64,000 nt of DNA, from contig JBEKYR010000015.1 of the NCBI GenBank assembly GCA_049510745.1, forward strand, positions 1 through 64,000, in the 5' to 3' direction. The stretch comes from Verrucomicrobiota bacterium (lineage in GTDB: Bacteria > Verrucomicrobiota > Verrucomicrobiia > Limisphaerales > Palsa-1400). The notes beneath the pieces are model-generated. The model saw nothing but the letters and a program-made list of their open reading frames with translations, ran no database searches and was not told the DNA's origin. Shown one piece after another: positions 36,801-46,034 of this stretch. Positions within the stretch are counted from its first letter, which is position 1; each line of letters begins with the position of its first letter. Both the position numbers and the translations under genes were made by a program.

Positions 36801-36972
36801 GGCGCAGTGCCAGTCCAGCCAAATGGACGAGGCCCGCGCCACCCTTGCCAGAGGGGTTAAGATTGCAGAAACGAAGCTGCCCAAGATCGAGAGCGGCGAC
36901 CTCGGTGACGATTGGGGAGATTGGATCGTTTCCCAAGCCCTCCTCAAAGAAGCCAAGGCGCTCATTAAATAA
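33895..36972 (+). CDS. Ser/Thr protein kinase, TM helix, TPR repeats
   Basis: GEGGCG, VALK, HRDIKPSN, DFG, YMSPE; repeated H.DVA.SL..LA TPRs. Confidence 0.96.
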   Translation: MPMPQPSEREIEVFNAALELPAAERVAYLDQACAGDDALRQRVEEFLQAGDKAGAFLERPAAFPPGSGGTIQIAQVAAEKPGDWIGRYKLLQQIGEGGCGVVYMAEQEEPVSRRVALKVIKLGMDTKSVIARFEAERQALALMDHPNIAKVLEAGATETGRPYFVMELVRGIKITDYCDQNNLSTHERLGLFIQICRAIQHAHQKGVIHRDIKPSNILVTTNDGVPLPKVIDFGIAKATQGKLTDRTFFTAFEQFIGTPAYMSPEQAEMSALDIDTRSDIYSLGVLLYELLTGQTPFDAKKLLQAGLDEIRRTIREQEPARPSTRLSTMLGADLTAIAKHRKVEPPRLVHLLRGDLDWIVMKALEKDRTRRYETANGLAADIQRHLSNEPVVARPASNLYKFQKLARRNKLAFIAASAVAASLVIGMGLSTWLFFKEKAAHERAVAAEKTQHQLRRQAQADEKKAQTEANKSRQVAQFLKDMLAGVGPSVALGRDTKMLKEILDKIVERVGKDLTNQPEVEEELRSTIGSTYFELGDYSKAVAMQREALRLRRALFGETNELVAASLNSLGCALDYQGRRPESERVLRQALEMRRKLLGGEHLDVATSLHDLARPVGAQGREPEAEALYREALAIRRKLSGNKNPEVALTLVQLATVLCREGKLGEAETMGREGLTLSRAVYGDEHPEVARAIDNLSGELRSQGKLAEAESLSREALAMKRKLFGNEHPLVALALAGLARVLRLEGKLSEAETTGREVVNLYKKLPDIDQTPAIWSRNDLGQVLMREGKFDEAEQLLNDVLTPAGETQPKNAGLLRERGELRARMGHWKEAAADFSRVVEFEPEDHEACHSLAPLLVQSGDLEGYRRLCARVVACFGGTNDPVLAERMAKDCLMLPRPGAELTTESNWADAAVTMGKNHQYLAYFQFVKGLAEYRQGHFASAVELTQKVLAKTGQFPFRDVEACMVLAMAQCQSSQMDEARATLARGVKIAETKLPKIESGDLGDDWGDWIVSQALLKEAKALIK

Positions 36973-36973
36973 T

Positions 36974-37003
36974 TTGCCCCTTTGTCCCCGGAATCTTGCA
37001 TTG
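36974..37003 (+). promoter_or_regulatory. Putative ECF-type promoter TTGCC-N19-GCATTG
   Basis: Third copy, with an unrelated spacer, upstream of the first LRR gene. Confidence 0.55.
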
Positions 37004-37064
37004 GTTAACGGTGGGCCAAACTGCCCGGCCACTGAAAATGACACTGAACTGAAAAGACACCGTT

Positions 37065-39281
37065 ATGATTGATTTGAACCATTGCCGAAAAACAACAGGG
37101 TCTGTTCTTTTGGGTTTGCTGCTGCTGGCCGCGCCGTCAGCGATGCAAGCCCAACTCTATTTCGCGACCAATAACGGCGCGATCACCCTCACCGAATACG
37201 ATGGTGCCGGGGGTGCCGTCGTGATTCCCAACTTCGTCACCAGCATCGGGGAGTATGCGTTCCATCAATGCCTCCTGACCAGCGTCACGATTCCCGACAG
37301 CGTCACCAGCATAGGGGTGGGTGCGTTCTATGGCTGCTCCGCCCTGACCAGCGTCACGATTCCCGGCAGCGTCACCAACATCGGCGACGGGGCGTTCGCT
37401 GGTTGCGGCCTGAACAGCGTCGCGATTCTCGGCGGCGTCACCAGCATCGGGGAGTATGCGTTCGCTGACTGCTATGGCCTGACCAGCATCACCATTCCCG
37501 ACAGCGTCATCAGCATCTGGGATTATGCGTTCGAGGACTGCACAAGCCTGACCAGCATTACGATCCCCGCCGGCGTCACCAATATCGGGGAGGGTGCGTT
37601 CGAAGGCTGCTCCAGCCTGACGAACGCCACGATCGACAACGGCGTCCCCAGCACCGGGGCGGATGCGTTCTTCAACACCAAACTAACCATCATCACGATA
37701 GGCATCGGCGTCACCAATATCTGGGCGTTTCCATTTTCTGATTGCGGCTTCTTGACAGCGATAACGGTTGATGCGCAAAACTTGTTTTATAGCAGTACCA
37801 ATGGAGTCTTGTTTGACAAGAGCCAAACGACCCTCATTCAATATCCGCCCGGACTGGCCGGAAGTTACACCATTCCCGGCAGCGTGACGACCATCGGGGA
37901 CGATGCGTTCGAATACTGCTACGGCCTGACCAGTGTCACGATTCCCGGGAGCGTTACCAGCATCGGGGATTATGCGTTCTATGATTGCGGCCTGACCAGC
38001 GTTACGATTCCCGGCAGCGTCACCAATATCGGGGAGGGTGCGTTCGGTGCCACCCGCCTGACCACCGTCACGATCCCCGGCAGCGTCACCCGCATTGGAT
38101 TTGCTGCGTTCGCCGGCTGCCCACTGGGCGCGATCACGGTGGATCCCAACAACTCGTTTTATAGCGACGTGGATGGAGTGTTGTTCAACCAGAGCCAAAC
38201 CACGCTTGTTCAGTATCCTGGCGGCTTAAACGGAAGTTACACCATTCCCGACAGCGCCACCAGCATCGAGACGTATGCGTTTGCGGACTGCACCGGCCTG
38301 ACCAGCGTCACCATTCCCAACAGCATCCCCAGCATTGGGGATGATGCGTTCTATTACTGCACCAGCCTCACAAACGTCACGATTCCCGGCAGCGTCACCA
38401 GCATCGGGGTGTGGGCGTTCTATGAATGCTACGGCTTGACCAATGTCACGATTCCCGGCAGCGTCACCAACATCGGGGATTATGCGTTCTTTGGCTGCGA
38501 CGACCTGACCAGCGTCATGATCGCCAACGGCGTCACCAGCATCGGGGATAGTGCGTTCGCTTATTCCGGACTGACCCGCATCACCCTTCCCAGCAGCGTC
38601 ACCAGCATCGCGGACTCGGCGTTTCAGGGTTGCGGCGGCCTGACCAATGTCACCATTCCCAACAGTGTCAACAGCATCGGAGATTATGCGTTCTATGATT
38701 GCGGCCTGACCAGCATCACGATTTTCGGCAGCGTCACCAACATCGGGGCGGGTGCGTTCGGTGCCACCCGCCTGACCACCGTCACGATCCCCGGCAGCGT
38801 CACCAGCATCGGGGAGGGTGCATTCGAGAGCTGCACCAGGCTGTCGAGCGTCACGATTCCCGACAGCGTCACCAACATCGGAAATAATACATTCTATGAC
38901 TGCCTTCGACTGACCAACGTCTATTTCCAGGGCAACGCTCCGACCACTGGTTCCTCGGTGTTCTATTCTGACACCAAGGCCATAGGCTATTATTTCCCTG
39001 GCACTTCCGGTTGGAATGGCTTCATTGCCGATTGTCCTGTCGTGATGTGGAACCCGCTTATTCAGGTGGGCGATGGCAGCTTCGGGGTGCAGAACAATCA
39101 ATTTGGGTTCAACATCACCGGCACAAAAAATTTCACGGTCGTGGTGGCAGCCTGCACGAATCTGGCCGGCCCGGTTTGGGTTCCGCTCGCCACCAACACG
39201 CTGGTCAACGGTTCGTTCCATTTCAGCGATCCGCAGTGGACCAATTACCCCAACCGCTTTTACAGCCTCCAAATGCCATGA
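37065..39281 (+). CDS. Secreted BspA-type leucine-rich repeat (LRR_5) protein 1
   Basis: Signal peptide; LTSVTIP.SVTSIG..AF..C repeats; conserved C-terminal domain. Confidence 0.95.
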   Translation: MIDLNHCRKTTGSVLLGLLLLAAPSAMQAQLYFATNNGAITLTEYDGAGGAVVIPNFVTSIGEYAFHQCLLTSVTIPDSVTSIGVGAFYGCSALTSVTIPGSVTNIGDGAFAGCGLNSVAILGGVTSIGEYAFADCYGLTSITIPDSVISIWDYAFEDCTSLTSITIPAGVTNIGEGAFEGCSSLTNATIDNGVPSTGADAFFNTKLTIITIGIGVTNIWAFPFSDCGFLTAITVDAQNLFYSSTNGVLFDKSQTTLIQYPPGLAGSYTIPGSVTTIGDDAFEYCYGLTSVTIPGSVTSIGDYAFYDCGLTSVTIPGSVTNIGEGAFGATRLTTVTIPGSVTRIGFAAFAGCPLGAITVDPNNSFYSDVDGVLFNQSQTTLVQYPGGLNGSYTIPDSATSIETYAFADCTGLTSVTIPNSIPSIGDDAFYYCTSLTNVTIPGSVTSIGVWAFYECYGLTNVTIPGSVTNIGDYAFFGCDDLTSVMIANGVTSIGDSAFAYSGLTRITLPSSVTSIADSAFQGCGGLTNVTIPNSVNSIGDYAFYDCGLTSITIFGSVTNIGAGAFGATRLTTVTIPGSVTSIGEGAFESCTRLSSVTIPDSVTNIGNNTFYDCLRLTNVYFQGNAPTTGSSVFYSDTKAIGYYFPGTSGWNGFIADCPVVMWNPLIQVGDGSFGVQNNQFGFNITGTKNFTVVVAACTNLAGPVWVPLATNTLVNGSFHFSDPQWTNYPNRFYSLQMP

Positions 39282-39307
39282 GAATTCCGAACTGAAAAGA
39301 CACCATT

Positions 39308-41143
39308 ATGATTGATTTGAATCCTTCCCGAAAAACAACATGGCCCATCCTTTTAGGTTTGCTGCTGCTGGCCGCACCAGCGGCGGTGCAAGCCCAATTC
39401 GATTACGCGACCAATAACGGCGCGATCACCCTCACCGAATACACTGGCGCTGGGGGTGCGGTCGTGATTTCCAACTTCGTCACCAGCATCGGGGTGGAGG
39501 CATTCGAATACCGCACCGGCCTGACGAGCGTCACGATTCCCGGCAGCGTCACCAGCATCGGGGATTCTGCGTTCTTTTACTGCGCCGGCCTGACCAGCGT
39601 CACGATTCCCGGCAGCGTCACCAGCATCGGGGCGAATGCGTTCCAGGAATGCACCGGCCTGACCAACGTCACCATTCCCGGAAGCGTCACCAGCATCGGG
39701 GAGGAGGCGTTCAATGCAAGCGGCCTGACCAGCGTCACGATTCCCGGCAGCGTCACCAACTTGGGGGATTATGCGTTCTGTTCTTGCGGCAGCCTGACCA
39801 ATGCCACGATCGAAAATGGCGTCGCCAGCATCGGGGATTATGCGTTCGCTTACTGCTACGGCCTGACCAGCGTGACGATCTACAGCGGCGTCACCAGCAT
39901 CGGGAATTATGCGTTCGCTGACGCCAGCCTGAGCAGCGTCACGATTCCCGGCAGCGTCACCAACCTCGGGGATGGTGCGTTCTCTTACTGCCGTGAGCTA
40001 ACCAACGTCACGATCTCCAACGGGGTCACCAGCATCGGAGATTCTGCGTTCTATGGCTGCTCCAGTCTGACCAGCGTCACCATTCCCGACAGTGTCACCA
40101 ACATCGGGGGGTATGCGTTCGGTGGCTGCACCGGCCTGACCAGCGTCACGATTCCCGACAGCGTCACCTCCATCGGAGATTTTGCGTTCGAAAGCGACGG
40201 CTTGACCAGTGTCACCATTCCCAACAGCGTCACCAGCATCGGGTACGGTGCGTTCGAGTTCACCGACCTGACCAGCGTCACGATTCCCAGCAGCGTCACC
40301 AGCATCGGGGATGCTGCGTTCGCTGGCTGCGGCGGGCTGACCGCGATCACGGTGGATCCAAATAACTCCTTTTTTAGCGATCTGGATGGAGTGTTGTTCG
40401 ACTCGAGCCAATCCACCATTGTCCAGTATCCTGGCGGCCTGACGGGAAGTTACAGAATTCCCGGCAGCGTCACCAGCATCGGGGATGATGCGTTCTCTTG
40501 GTGCTACGGCCTGACCAACGTCACCATTCCCGACAGTGTCACCAGCATCGGGGATGGTGCGTTTTCTTACTCCGGCCTGACCAGTGTCACGATCCCCGGC
40601 AGCATCACCAACTTCGGTGGGGGTGTGTTCTTTGACTGCTCCAGGCTGAGGAGCATCACGCTGTCCCACGGCCTGAGCACCATTGGGTTCGATGCGTTCT
40701 ATGAATGCGACCTCCTGACCAGCGTCACGATTCCCAACAGCGTCACCAACATCGGGGGTGAGGCGTTCTTAGGCTGCTCCAGGCTGACGAGTGTCTATTT
40801 CCTGGGCAACGCCCCCACCGTTGGTGGTGAGGGTGTTTTCAGTTATCCCTACGGGACGGTCTATTATTTGCCTGCCACCACAGGCTGGAGTTCCTCTTTT
40901 GCCGTGCTGTGGAACCCGCTGATCCAGGTGGGCGACGGCAGCTTCGGCGTGCAGAACCATCAATTCGGGTTCAACATCACCGGCACCAACAATTTTACGG
41001 TGGTGGTGGCAGCCTGCACCAATCTGGCCGGTGCGGTTTGGGTTCCGCTCACCACCAACACGCTGGTCAACGGTTCGTTCCATTTCAGCGATCCCCAGTG
41101 GACCAATTACCCCAACCGCTTCTACAGCCTGCAAATGCCATGA
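39308..41143 (+). CDS. Secreted BspA-type LRR protein 2
   Basis: Same architecture; tandem paralogue. Confidence 0.95.
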   Translation: MIDLNPSRKTTWPILLGLLLLAAPAAVQAQFDYATNNGAITLTEYTGAGGAVVISNFVTSIGVEAFEYRTGLTSVTIPGSVTSIGDSAFFYCAGLTSVTIPGSVTSIGANAFQECTGLTNVTIPGSVTSIGEEAFNASGLTSVTIPGSVTNLGDYAFCSCGSLTNATIENGVASIGDYAFAYCYGLTSVTIYSGVTSIGNYAFADASLSSVTIPGSVTNLGDGAFSYCRELTNVTISNGVTSIGDSAFYGCSSLTSVTIPDSVTNIGGYAFGGCTGLTSVTIPDSVTSIGDFAFESDGLTSVTIPNSVTSIGYGAFEFTDLTSVTIPSSVTSIGDAAFAGCGGLTAITVDPNNSFFSDLDGVLFDSSQSTIVQYPGGLTGSYRIPGSVTSIGDDAFSWCYGLTNVTIPDSVTSIGDGAFSYSGLTSVTIPGSITNFGGGVFFDCSRLRSITLSHGLSTIGFDAFYECDLLTSVTIPNSVTNIGGEAFLGCSRLTSVYFLGNAPTVGGEGVFSYPYGTVYYLPATTGWSSSFAVLWNPLIQVGDGSFGVQNHQFGFNITGTNNFTVVVAACTNLAGAVWVPLTTNTLVNGSFHFSDPQWTNYPNRFYSLQMP

Positions 41144-41169
41144 GGCTTCCGAACTGAAAAGACACCATT

Positions 41170-43614
41170 ATGATTGATTTGAATCCTTCCCGAAATCTGG
41201 CGGCCGAGTCCCCTCATGCCGCTACGAAAACAAAACTACCCATCTTTTTGGGTTTGCTGCTGCTGGCCGCCCCGGCGGCGGTGCAAGCCCAATACGCCTA
41301 CAGCACAAATGCCGATGGCAGCATCTACTCTTACACCACCAACACCGACGGCAGCATCAACATCGCCGGTTACTCCGGACCTCCGTGGGCCGTAACCATT
41401 CCAGCCGACATCAACAACCTGCTGGTCACCAGCGTCGGGGAGAAGGCGTTCATTGATTGCTTTGGTCTGACCAGCGTCACGATTCCCGACAGTGTCACCA
41501 GCATCGGGGTGGGGGCATTCGAATTCTGCGCTGGCCTCACCAGCATCACAATCCCCAGCAGCGTCACCAACATCGGGGCTGGTGCGTTCGAGGCGTGCAG
41601 CAGCCTTGCAGCGATCACGGTGGATCCCAATAACTCGTTTTATAGCGATGTGGATGGAGTGTTGTTCAACCAGAGCCAATCCACGCTTATTGAATATCCG
41701 CCCGGACTGGCCGGAAGTTACAGAATTCCCGGCAGCGTCACCAGCATTGGAGAGGCTGCGTTCGCTGCCACCGGCCTGGCCGGCGTCACGATTCCCGGCA
41801 GCGTTGCCAGCATTGGGCCGGATGCGTTCGGAGACTGCTACGGCCTGATCAGCGTCACCATTCCTGGCAGCGTTACCAACATCGGGGATAACGCGTTCTT
41901 TGGTTGCTCCAGTCTTACCAGTATTACGATTCCCGGCAGCGTCGCCAGCATCGGTGCGGAGGCGTTCTACGAATGCTCCACGCTGAGAAGCGTCACGCTG
42001 TCCAACGGCCTGAGCACCATTGGGTTCCAAGCGTTCTATCAATGCTCCCAGTTGACCAGCGTCACCATTCCCGGCAGCGTTGCCAGCATCGGTGAGGAAG
42101 CGTTCGCGGGCTGCACCAGCCTTACTAACGTCACGATGGCCGACGGCATCGCCAGCATCGGGGATTATGCGTTCGATGCCTGCTCCAGCCTTATTAACGT
42201 CACGATTCCCGGGAGCGTCACCAACATTGGGACGGATGCGTTCTACGAGTGCAGTCGCCTGACCAGCGTCTATTTCACGGGAAACGCTCCCGCGGCTGAT
42301 GGAGGTCTGTTCTCTGGTTCGGTGACGGCCTATTATTTGCCTGGCACCACCGGCTGGAGTTCCCCCTTTGCCGGCATCCTGGCGGAAGAGGTGCAAACTC
42401 CATACAGCTTCACCATAAATGCCGATACCACGATCACAATTACCGGTTACACAGCGCTTGCCGGCACTGTGGCCATTCCAGCCACTTTGATCGGTCTGCC
42501 TGTCTCCAGCATCGGGCCTGAGGCGTTCCTTAGCAACACAAGTCTGACTGGCGTGACCATCCCCGCCAGCGTCACAACCATCGGAAGCGGTGCGTTCGAG
42601 GGATGCGCCGGTCTGAGCCGTGTCACAATTCTCGGAAACATTGCCAGCCTCGCAGAGGATATGTTCAAGGGCTGCACCAGCCTGACGAGCCTCTATTTCG
42701 CGGGTAACGCTCCGGTGGCTGATTTAACTGTGTTCGCTGGTGACAACAACGTGACAGGGTATTACTTGGCGGGCGCCACAGGCTGGAGTTCGCCTTTTGC
42801 CGGAATTCCGGTAGAGGACGTGGAAATCCCATACGGTTTCACGATAAATGCAGGGCAGACTGTCACCATTAATGATTACACCGGGCCTGGAGGTGCTGTG
42901 GCTCTTCCGGCGGCCATCCTCGGGCTGCCCGTTGCCATCATCGGGCCTGATGCGTTCCTAAACAACACAAACCTGACCAGCGTCACGATTCCCGGCAGCG
43001 TCACCAACATCGGGGAGGCTGCGTTCGAGGGTTGCACCAAGCTGACCGGCGTGACCATCCCCGCAAGCGTCACCAACATCGGGAATTATGCGTTCCAGTG
43101 GTGCATCAATCTGACCGGCGTGACCATCCCCGCAAGCGTCACCAACATCGGGAATTATGCGTTCCAGTGGTGCACCAATCTGACCGGCGTGACCATCCCA
43201 GCCAGCGTCACCTTCATCGGGTTGGGTGCGTTCGAGTTCTGTCCGAACCTGACCAGCGTCTATTTCAAGGGCAACGCTCCCGGCCTTATTCGCCAAGGAA
43301 TAGGCCTCGCGGGGACCGCTTATTATTTGCCTGGCACTACCGGCTGGAACTCCACTTATTCCGGCGTGCCAGCGGTCCTGTGGAACCCGCTGATCCAGGT
43401 GGGCGGGGCGAATTTTGGGGTGCAGAACAATCAATTCGGTTTCAACATCACCGGCACCAACAATTTCACGGTCGTGGTGGCAGCCTGCACCAATCTGGCC
43501 GGTGCGGTTTGGGTTCCGCTCACCACCAACACGCTTGTCAACGGCTCGTTCCATTTCAGCGATCCGCAGTGGACGAATTACTCCCATCGTTACTACAGCC
43601 TCCAAATGCCATGA
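41170..43614 (+). CDS. Secreted BspA-type LRR protein 3 (three capped LRR blocks)
   Basis: Same architecture; near-exact 69-bp tandem at ~43042-43200. Confidence 0.95.
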   Translation: MIDLNPSRNLAAESPHAATKTKLPIFLGLLLLAAPAAVQAQYAYSTNADGSIYSYTTNTDGSINIAGYSGPPWAVTIPADINNLLVTSVGEKAFIDCFGLTSVTIPDSVTSIGVGAFEFCAGLTSITIPSSVTNIGAGAFEACSSLAAITVDPNNSFYSDVDGVLFNQSQSTLIEYPPGLAGSYRIPGSVTSIGEAAFAATGLAGVTIPGSVASIGPDAFGDCYGLISVTIPGSVTNIGDNAFFGCSSLTSITIPGSVASIGAEAFYECSTLRSVTLSNGLSTIGFQAFYQCSQLTSVTIPGSVASIGEEAFAGCTSLTNVTMADGIASIGDYAFDACSSLINVTIPGSVTNIGTDAFYECSRLTSVYFTGNAPAADGGLFSGSVTAYYLPGTTGWSSPFAGILAEEVQTPYSFTINADTTITITGYTALAGTVAIPATLIGLPVSSIGPEAFLSNTSLTGVTIPASVTTIGSGAFEGCAGLSRVTILGNIASLAEDMFKGCTSLTSLYFAGNAPVADLTVFAGDNNVTGYYLAGATGWSSPFAGIPVEDVEIPYGFTINAGQTVTINDYTGPGGAVALPAAILGLPVAIIGPDAFLNNTNLTSVTIPGSVTNIGEAAFEGCTKLTGVTIPASVTNIGNYAFQWCINLTGVTIPASVTNIGNYAFQWCTNLTGVTIPASVTFIGLGAFEFCPNLTSVYFKGNAPGLIRQGIGLAGTAYYLPGTTGWNSTYSGVPAVLWNPLIQVGGANFGVQNNQFGFNITGTNNFTVVVAACTNLAGAVWVPLTTNTLVNGSFHFSDPQWTNYSHRYYSLQMP

Positions 43615-43662
43615 GACGATATTCTCTCGCGCAACGCCGGCGAATCCTGTAATTGTCGCCGG

Positions 43663-44232
43663 TTGAGCGACGTTACCCGCATTCTTGCGTCCATCGAGCA
43701 CGGCGACCCGAAGGCCGCGGATCAACTGCTGCCGCTGGTCTATGGCGAACTGCGCAAGCTGGCGGCCTCCAAAATGGGGCGTGAATCGCCCAACCAGACG
43801 TTGCAACCCACCGCGCTGGTGCATGAGGCCTGGCAGCGGTTGGTGGGTGAGGGCAATCCGCAATTTGCCAATCGCGCACATTTTTTCGCCGCCGCAGCCG
43901 AGGCCATGCGCCGCATTCTCATTAACAATGCCCTCCGCAAGCGTGCGGTTCGTCACGGCGGCGGCCAGCAGCGCGTGGACATGGAGGGTGTTTTGGAAGT
44001 TGCCGCGCCGTGTGACGACGACGAACTCATCGCCGTGAACGAGGCGCTCGACAAGCTCACCGCAACCCATCCCGTCCAGGCCGAGGTGGTGAAGCTGCGC
44101 TATTTTGTGGGCATGACCAACGTGGAAACGGCCCAGGCCCTGGGCCTCTCCGAGCGCACCGTCAAGAATTATTGGACCCACGCCCGCATCTGGCTCTTCC
44201 GTGAAATCAACGCCGCTCGAACAACCAGGTAA
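43663..44232 (+). CDS. ECF sigma factor, TIGR02999-type (kinase-associated)
   Basis: LLPLVYGELRKLA, TLQPTALVHEAW, FFAAAAEAMRRIL, SERTV..W..AR. Confidence 0.92.
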   Translation: MSDVTRILASIEHGDPKAADQLLPLVYGELRKLAASKMGRESPNQTLQPTALVHEAWQRLVGEGNPQFANRAHFFAAAAEAMRRILINNALRKRAVRHGGGQQRVDMEGVLEVAAPCDDDELIAVNEALDKLTATHPVQAEVVKLRYFVGMTNVETAQALGLSERTVKNYWTHARIWLFREINAARTTR

Positions 44233-44332
44233 TATTTCATGGTGCAAGAAATGCACCGTCAGCCTGCGGCATCGCCGCCCGAAGAAGTCGGCAACTGGCC
44301 GAACTTAACCACCAATCTGCAATTTCTGTTTC

Positions 44333-44644
44333 CTGCGGGAGCGAATTGAGGACATTCCCCTTCTGGCGAGTCATTTCATCGATATCTCAGTCCGGGAGCT
44401 TAAATGCGCGCGGCCCCGCCTGACGCGTGCCGCACTCACCAACTTGCGGTGCTACAATTGGCCTGGAAACGTTCGGGAATTGCGCAATGTGATCGAACGG
44501 GCAGTGATCCTTGCCCGCGGTGGTGCCTTGAGATTCGAGCTTCCCGCAACCAACTCTCCGGCTTCCGCCTCACGCTTGGTGGCTCAAGCTAAGTCGCAAG
44601 ACAGTTCAGGTGCTGCGCCGAAACTGCTGAGATGCGCGCGTTAG
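44333..44644 (+). pseudogene. sigma54-dependent activator (NtrC/FhlA family) C-terminal remnant
   Basis: LRERIEDIPLLASHF...YNWPGNVRELRNVIERAVIL; no AAA core or HTH. Confidence 0.85.
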
Positions 44645-45030
44645 GGCACGATGACCACCGTGTCTCCGGCTTCCAACGGCATGTCCTCGTGGTGCAGCAA
44701 ATCGATCCCTTTGAAGTCGCCGACGACCTGGCCGTTGCGCAGCACCCGGACGACCATCGGGTTCATAAAGCCGGTATAGACAGCGATGGCAACGGCGCGG
44801 CTCAACATCAGGCCCTCCTCCCAGGGCACGACCGGGTTTTGCACCGGACCCTGGACGAAGACGGCCGGGTTTTGCGGGTCCATCTGGCGGGATTGTTGCT
44901 GGGCGGCAAGGTAGGCCTGGTGCGCCTCCCATTGCGCCTTTTTCTTGCTGACACACCCGGTGGCCGGAAGGATCAGGATCAGGATTAAAATTAGGAACTG
45001 CATTCGGTCAGCCTCCGCCTGGGTCAACAA
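44641..45030 (-). CDS. Putative lipoprotein
   Basis: Hydrophobic run + ATGC lipobox; SLBB-like C-terminus (LEAGDTVVI). Confidence 0.65.
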   Translation of the reverse strand: MLTQAEADRMQFLILILILILPATGCVSKKKAQWEAHQAYLAAQQQSRQMDPQNPAVFVQGPVQNPVVPWEEGLMLSRAVAIAVYTGFMNPMVVRVLRNGQVVGDFKGIDLLHHEDMPLEAGDTVVIVP

Positions 45031-45506
45031 CTGGTCGGAACTTCCTGTAAAACCTCAACGCAATGCGGGACCGCCGCCGCCACAAAACTCAAGCACTCGA
45101 CGGCGCCGCTCGGTTTGCCCGGCAGGCAGATCACCAGGGATTTGTCCACCACGGCGGCCAGGTTGCGGGAGAGGATCGCGTTGGGGGTGAGCTTCATCGA
45201 TTCCAGGCGCATGACTTCGCCGAAACCGGGCAATTCGCGGGCGGCGATTTCCCGCACGGCTTCCGGCGTGACGTCGCGCAAGGAGACGCCCGTGCCGCCG
45301 GTGGTCAGGATCACATGGCACCCTTGGTTGATCTGCCCGCGAATCGCCCGCTGGATGTCGCGCTTTTCGTCCGCCACCAGCGCTTCGGCCAGAACTTCCC
45401 AGCCGTGGCCTGCCGCCGCCTGGCGCAAGGCCGGCCCGCCCAGGTCGTCGTAGAGGCCGCGCGCGGCGCGGTCGGAAACGGTGATGATGCCGGCGGCGAT
45501 ACGCAT
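45024..45506 (-). CDS. mog: Molybdopterin adenylyltransferase (Mog/MoaB family)
   Basis: ITVSDR, TTGGTG...RDVTPEA, LPGKP. Confidence 0.88.
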   Translation of the reverse strand: MRIAAGIITVSDRAARGLYDDLGGPALRQAAAGHGWEVLAEALVADEKRDIQRAIRGQINQGCHVILTTGGTGVSLRDVTPEAVREIAARELPGFGEVMRLESMKLTPNAILSRNLAAVVDKSLVICLPGKPSGAVECLSFVAAAVPHCVEVLQEVPTSC

Positions 45507-45964
45507 CAGGTCTTTCGTTTTGACACCAAGGCGATGCCGGTGATGCGCATGGTTTTGTCCAGCGCCTTGCACATGTCATAGACCGTCAGCGCCGCCACGC
45601 TGACGGCGGTCAGGGCTTCCATCTCCACCCCGGTCGAGGCGGTGATGCGGGCGGCGGCCCGGATCACGACGCGGTCGCGCGAGGGCGGAATCTCGAACTC
45701 GACCGCGCAATGGCTGATATTCAGCGGGTGGCACAGTGGGATCAGGTCGCCGGTCTTTTTCGCCGCCATGATGCCGGCCAGGCGCGCGGTGGCGAAAACA
45801 TTGCCCTTGGCCACGGCGTTCCGCTCGATGGCCTCGAGGGTGGCGCGCTTCAGGCGAATCTCGCCCCGCGCCACCGCCTCGCGGCTGGCAGGCGGTTTGG
45901 CGGAAACGTCCACCATGTTGATTTCGCCTCGCGCGTCCAAATGGGACAGCTTTTTCATTGTCAT
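45506..45964 (-). CDS. moaC: Cyclic pyranopterin monophosphate synthase
   Basis: MVDVSAK, LIPLCHP, TGVEMEAL, YDMCKA. Confidence 0.97.
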   Translation of the reverse strand: MTMKKLSHLDARGEINMVDVSAKPPASREAVARGEIRLKRATLEAIERNAVAKGNVFATARLAGIMAAKKTGDLIPLCHPLNISHCAVEFEIPPSRDRVVIRAAARITASTGVEMEALTAVSVAALTVYDMCKALDKTMRITGIALVSKRKT

Positions 45965-46034
45965 GCGTCACCGAAGGCCGGGAAACGGACGCGCTGCGGC
46001 GCGACCCTGCCACCCAAAACCGGGGCCTTCCTTT

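Noticed and set aside
37065..43614. Diversity-generating retroelement
   Set aside because: No RT and no evident adenine-specific TR/VR pair
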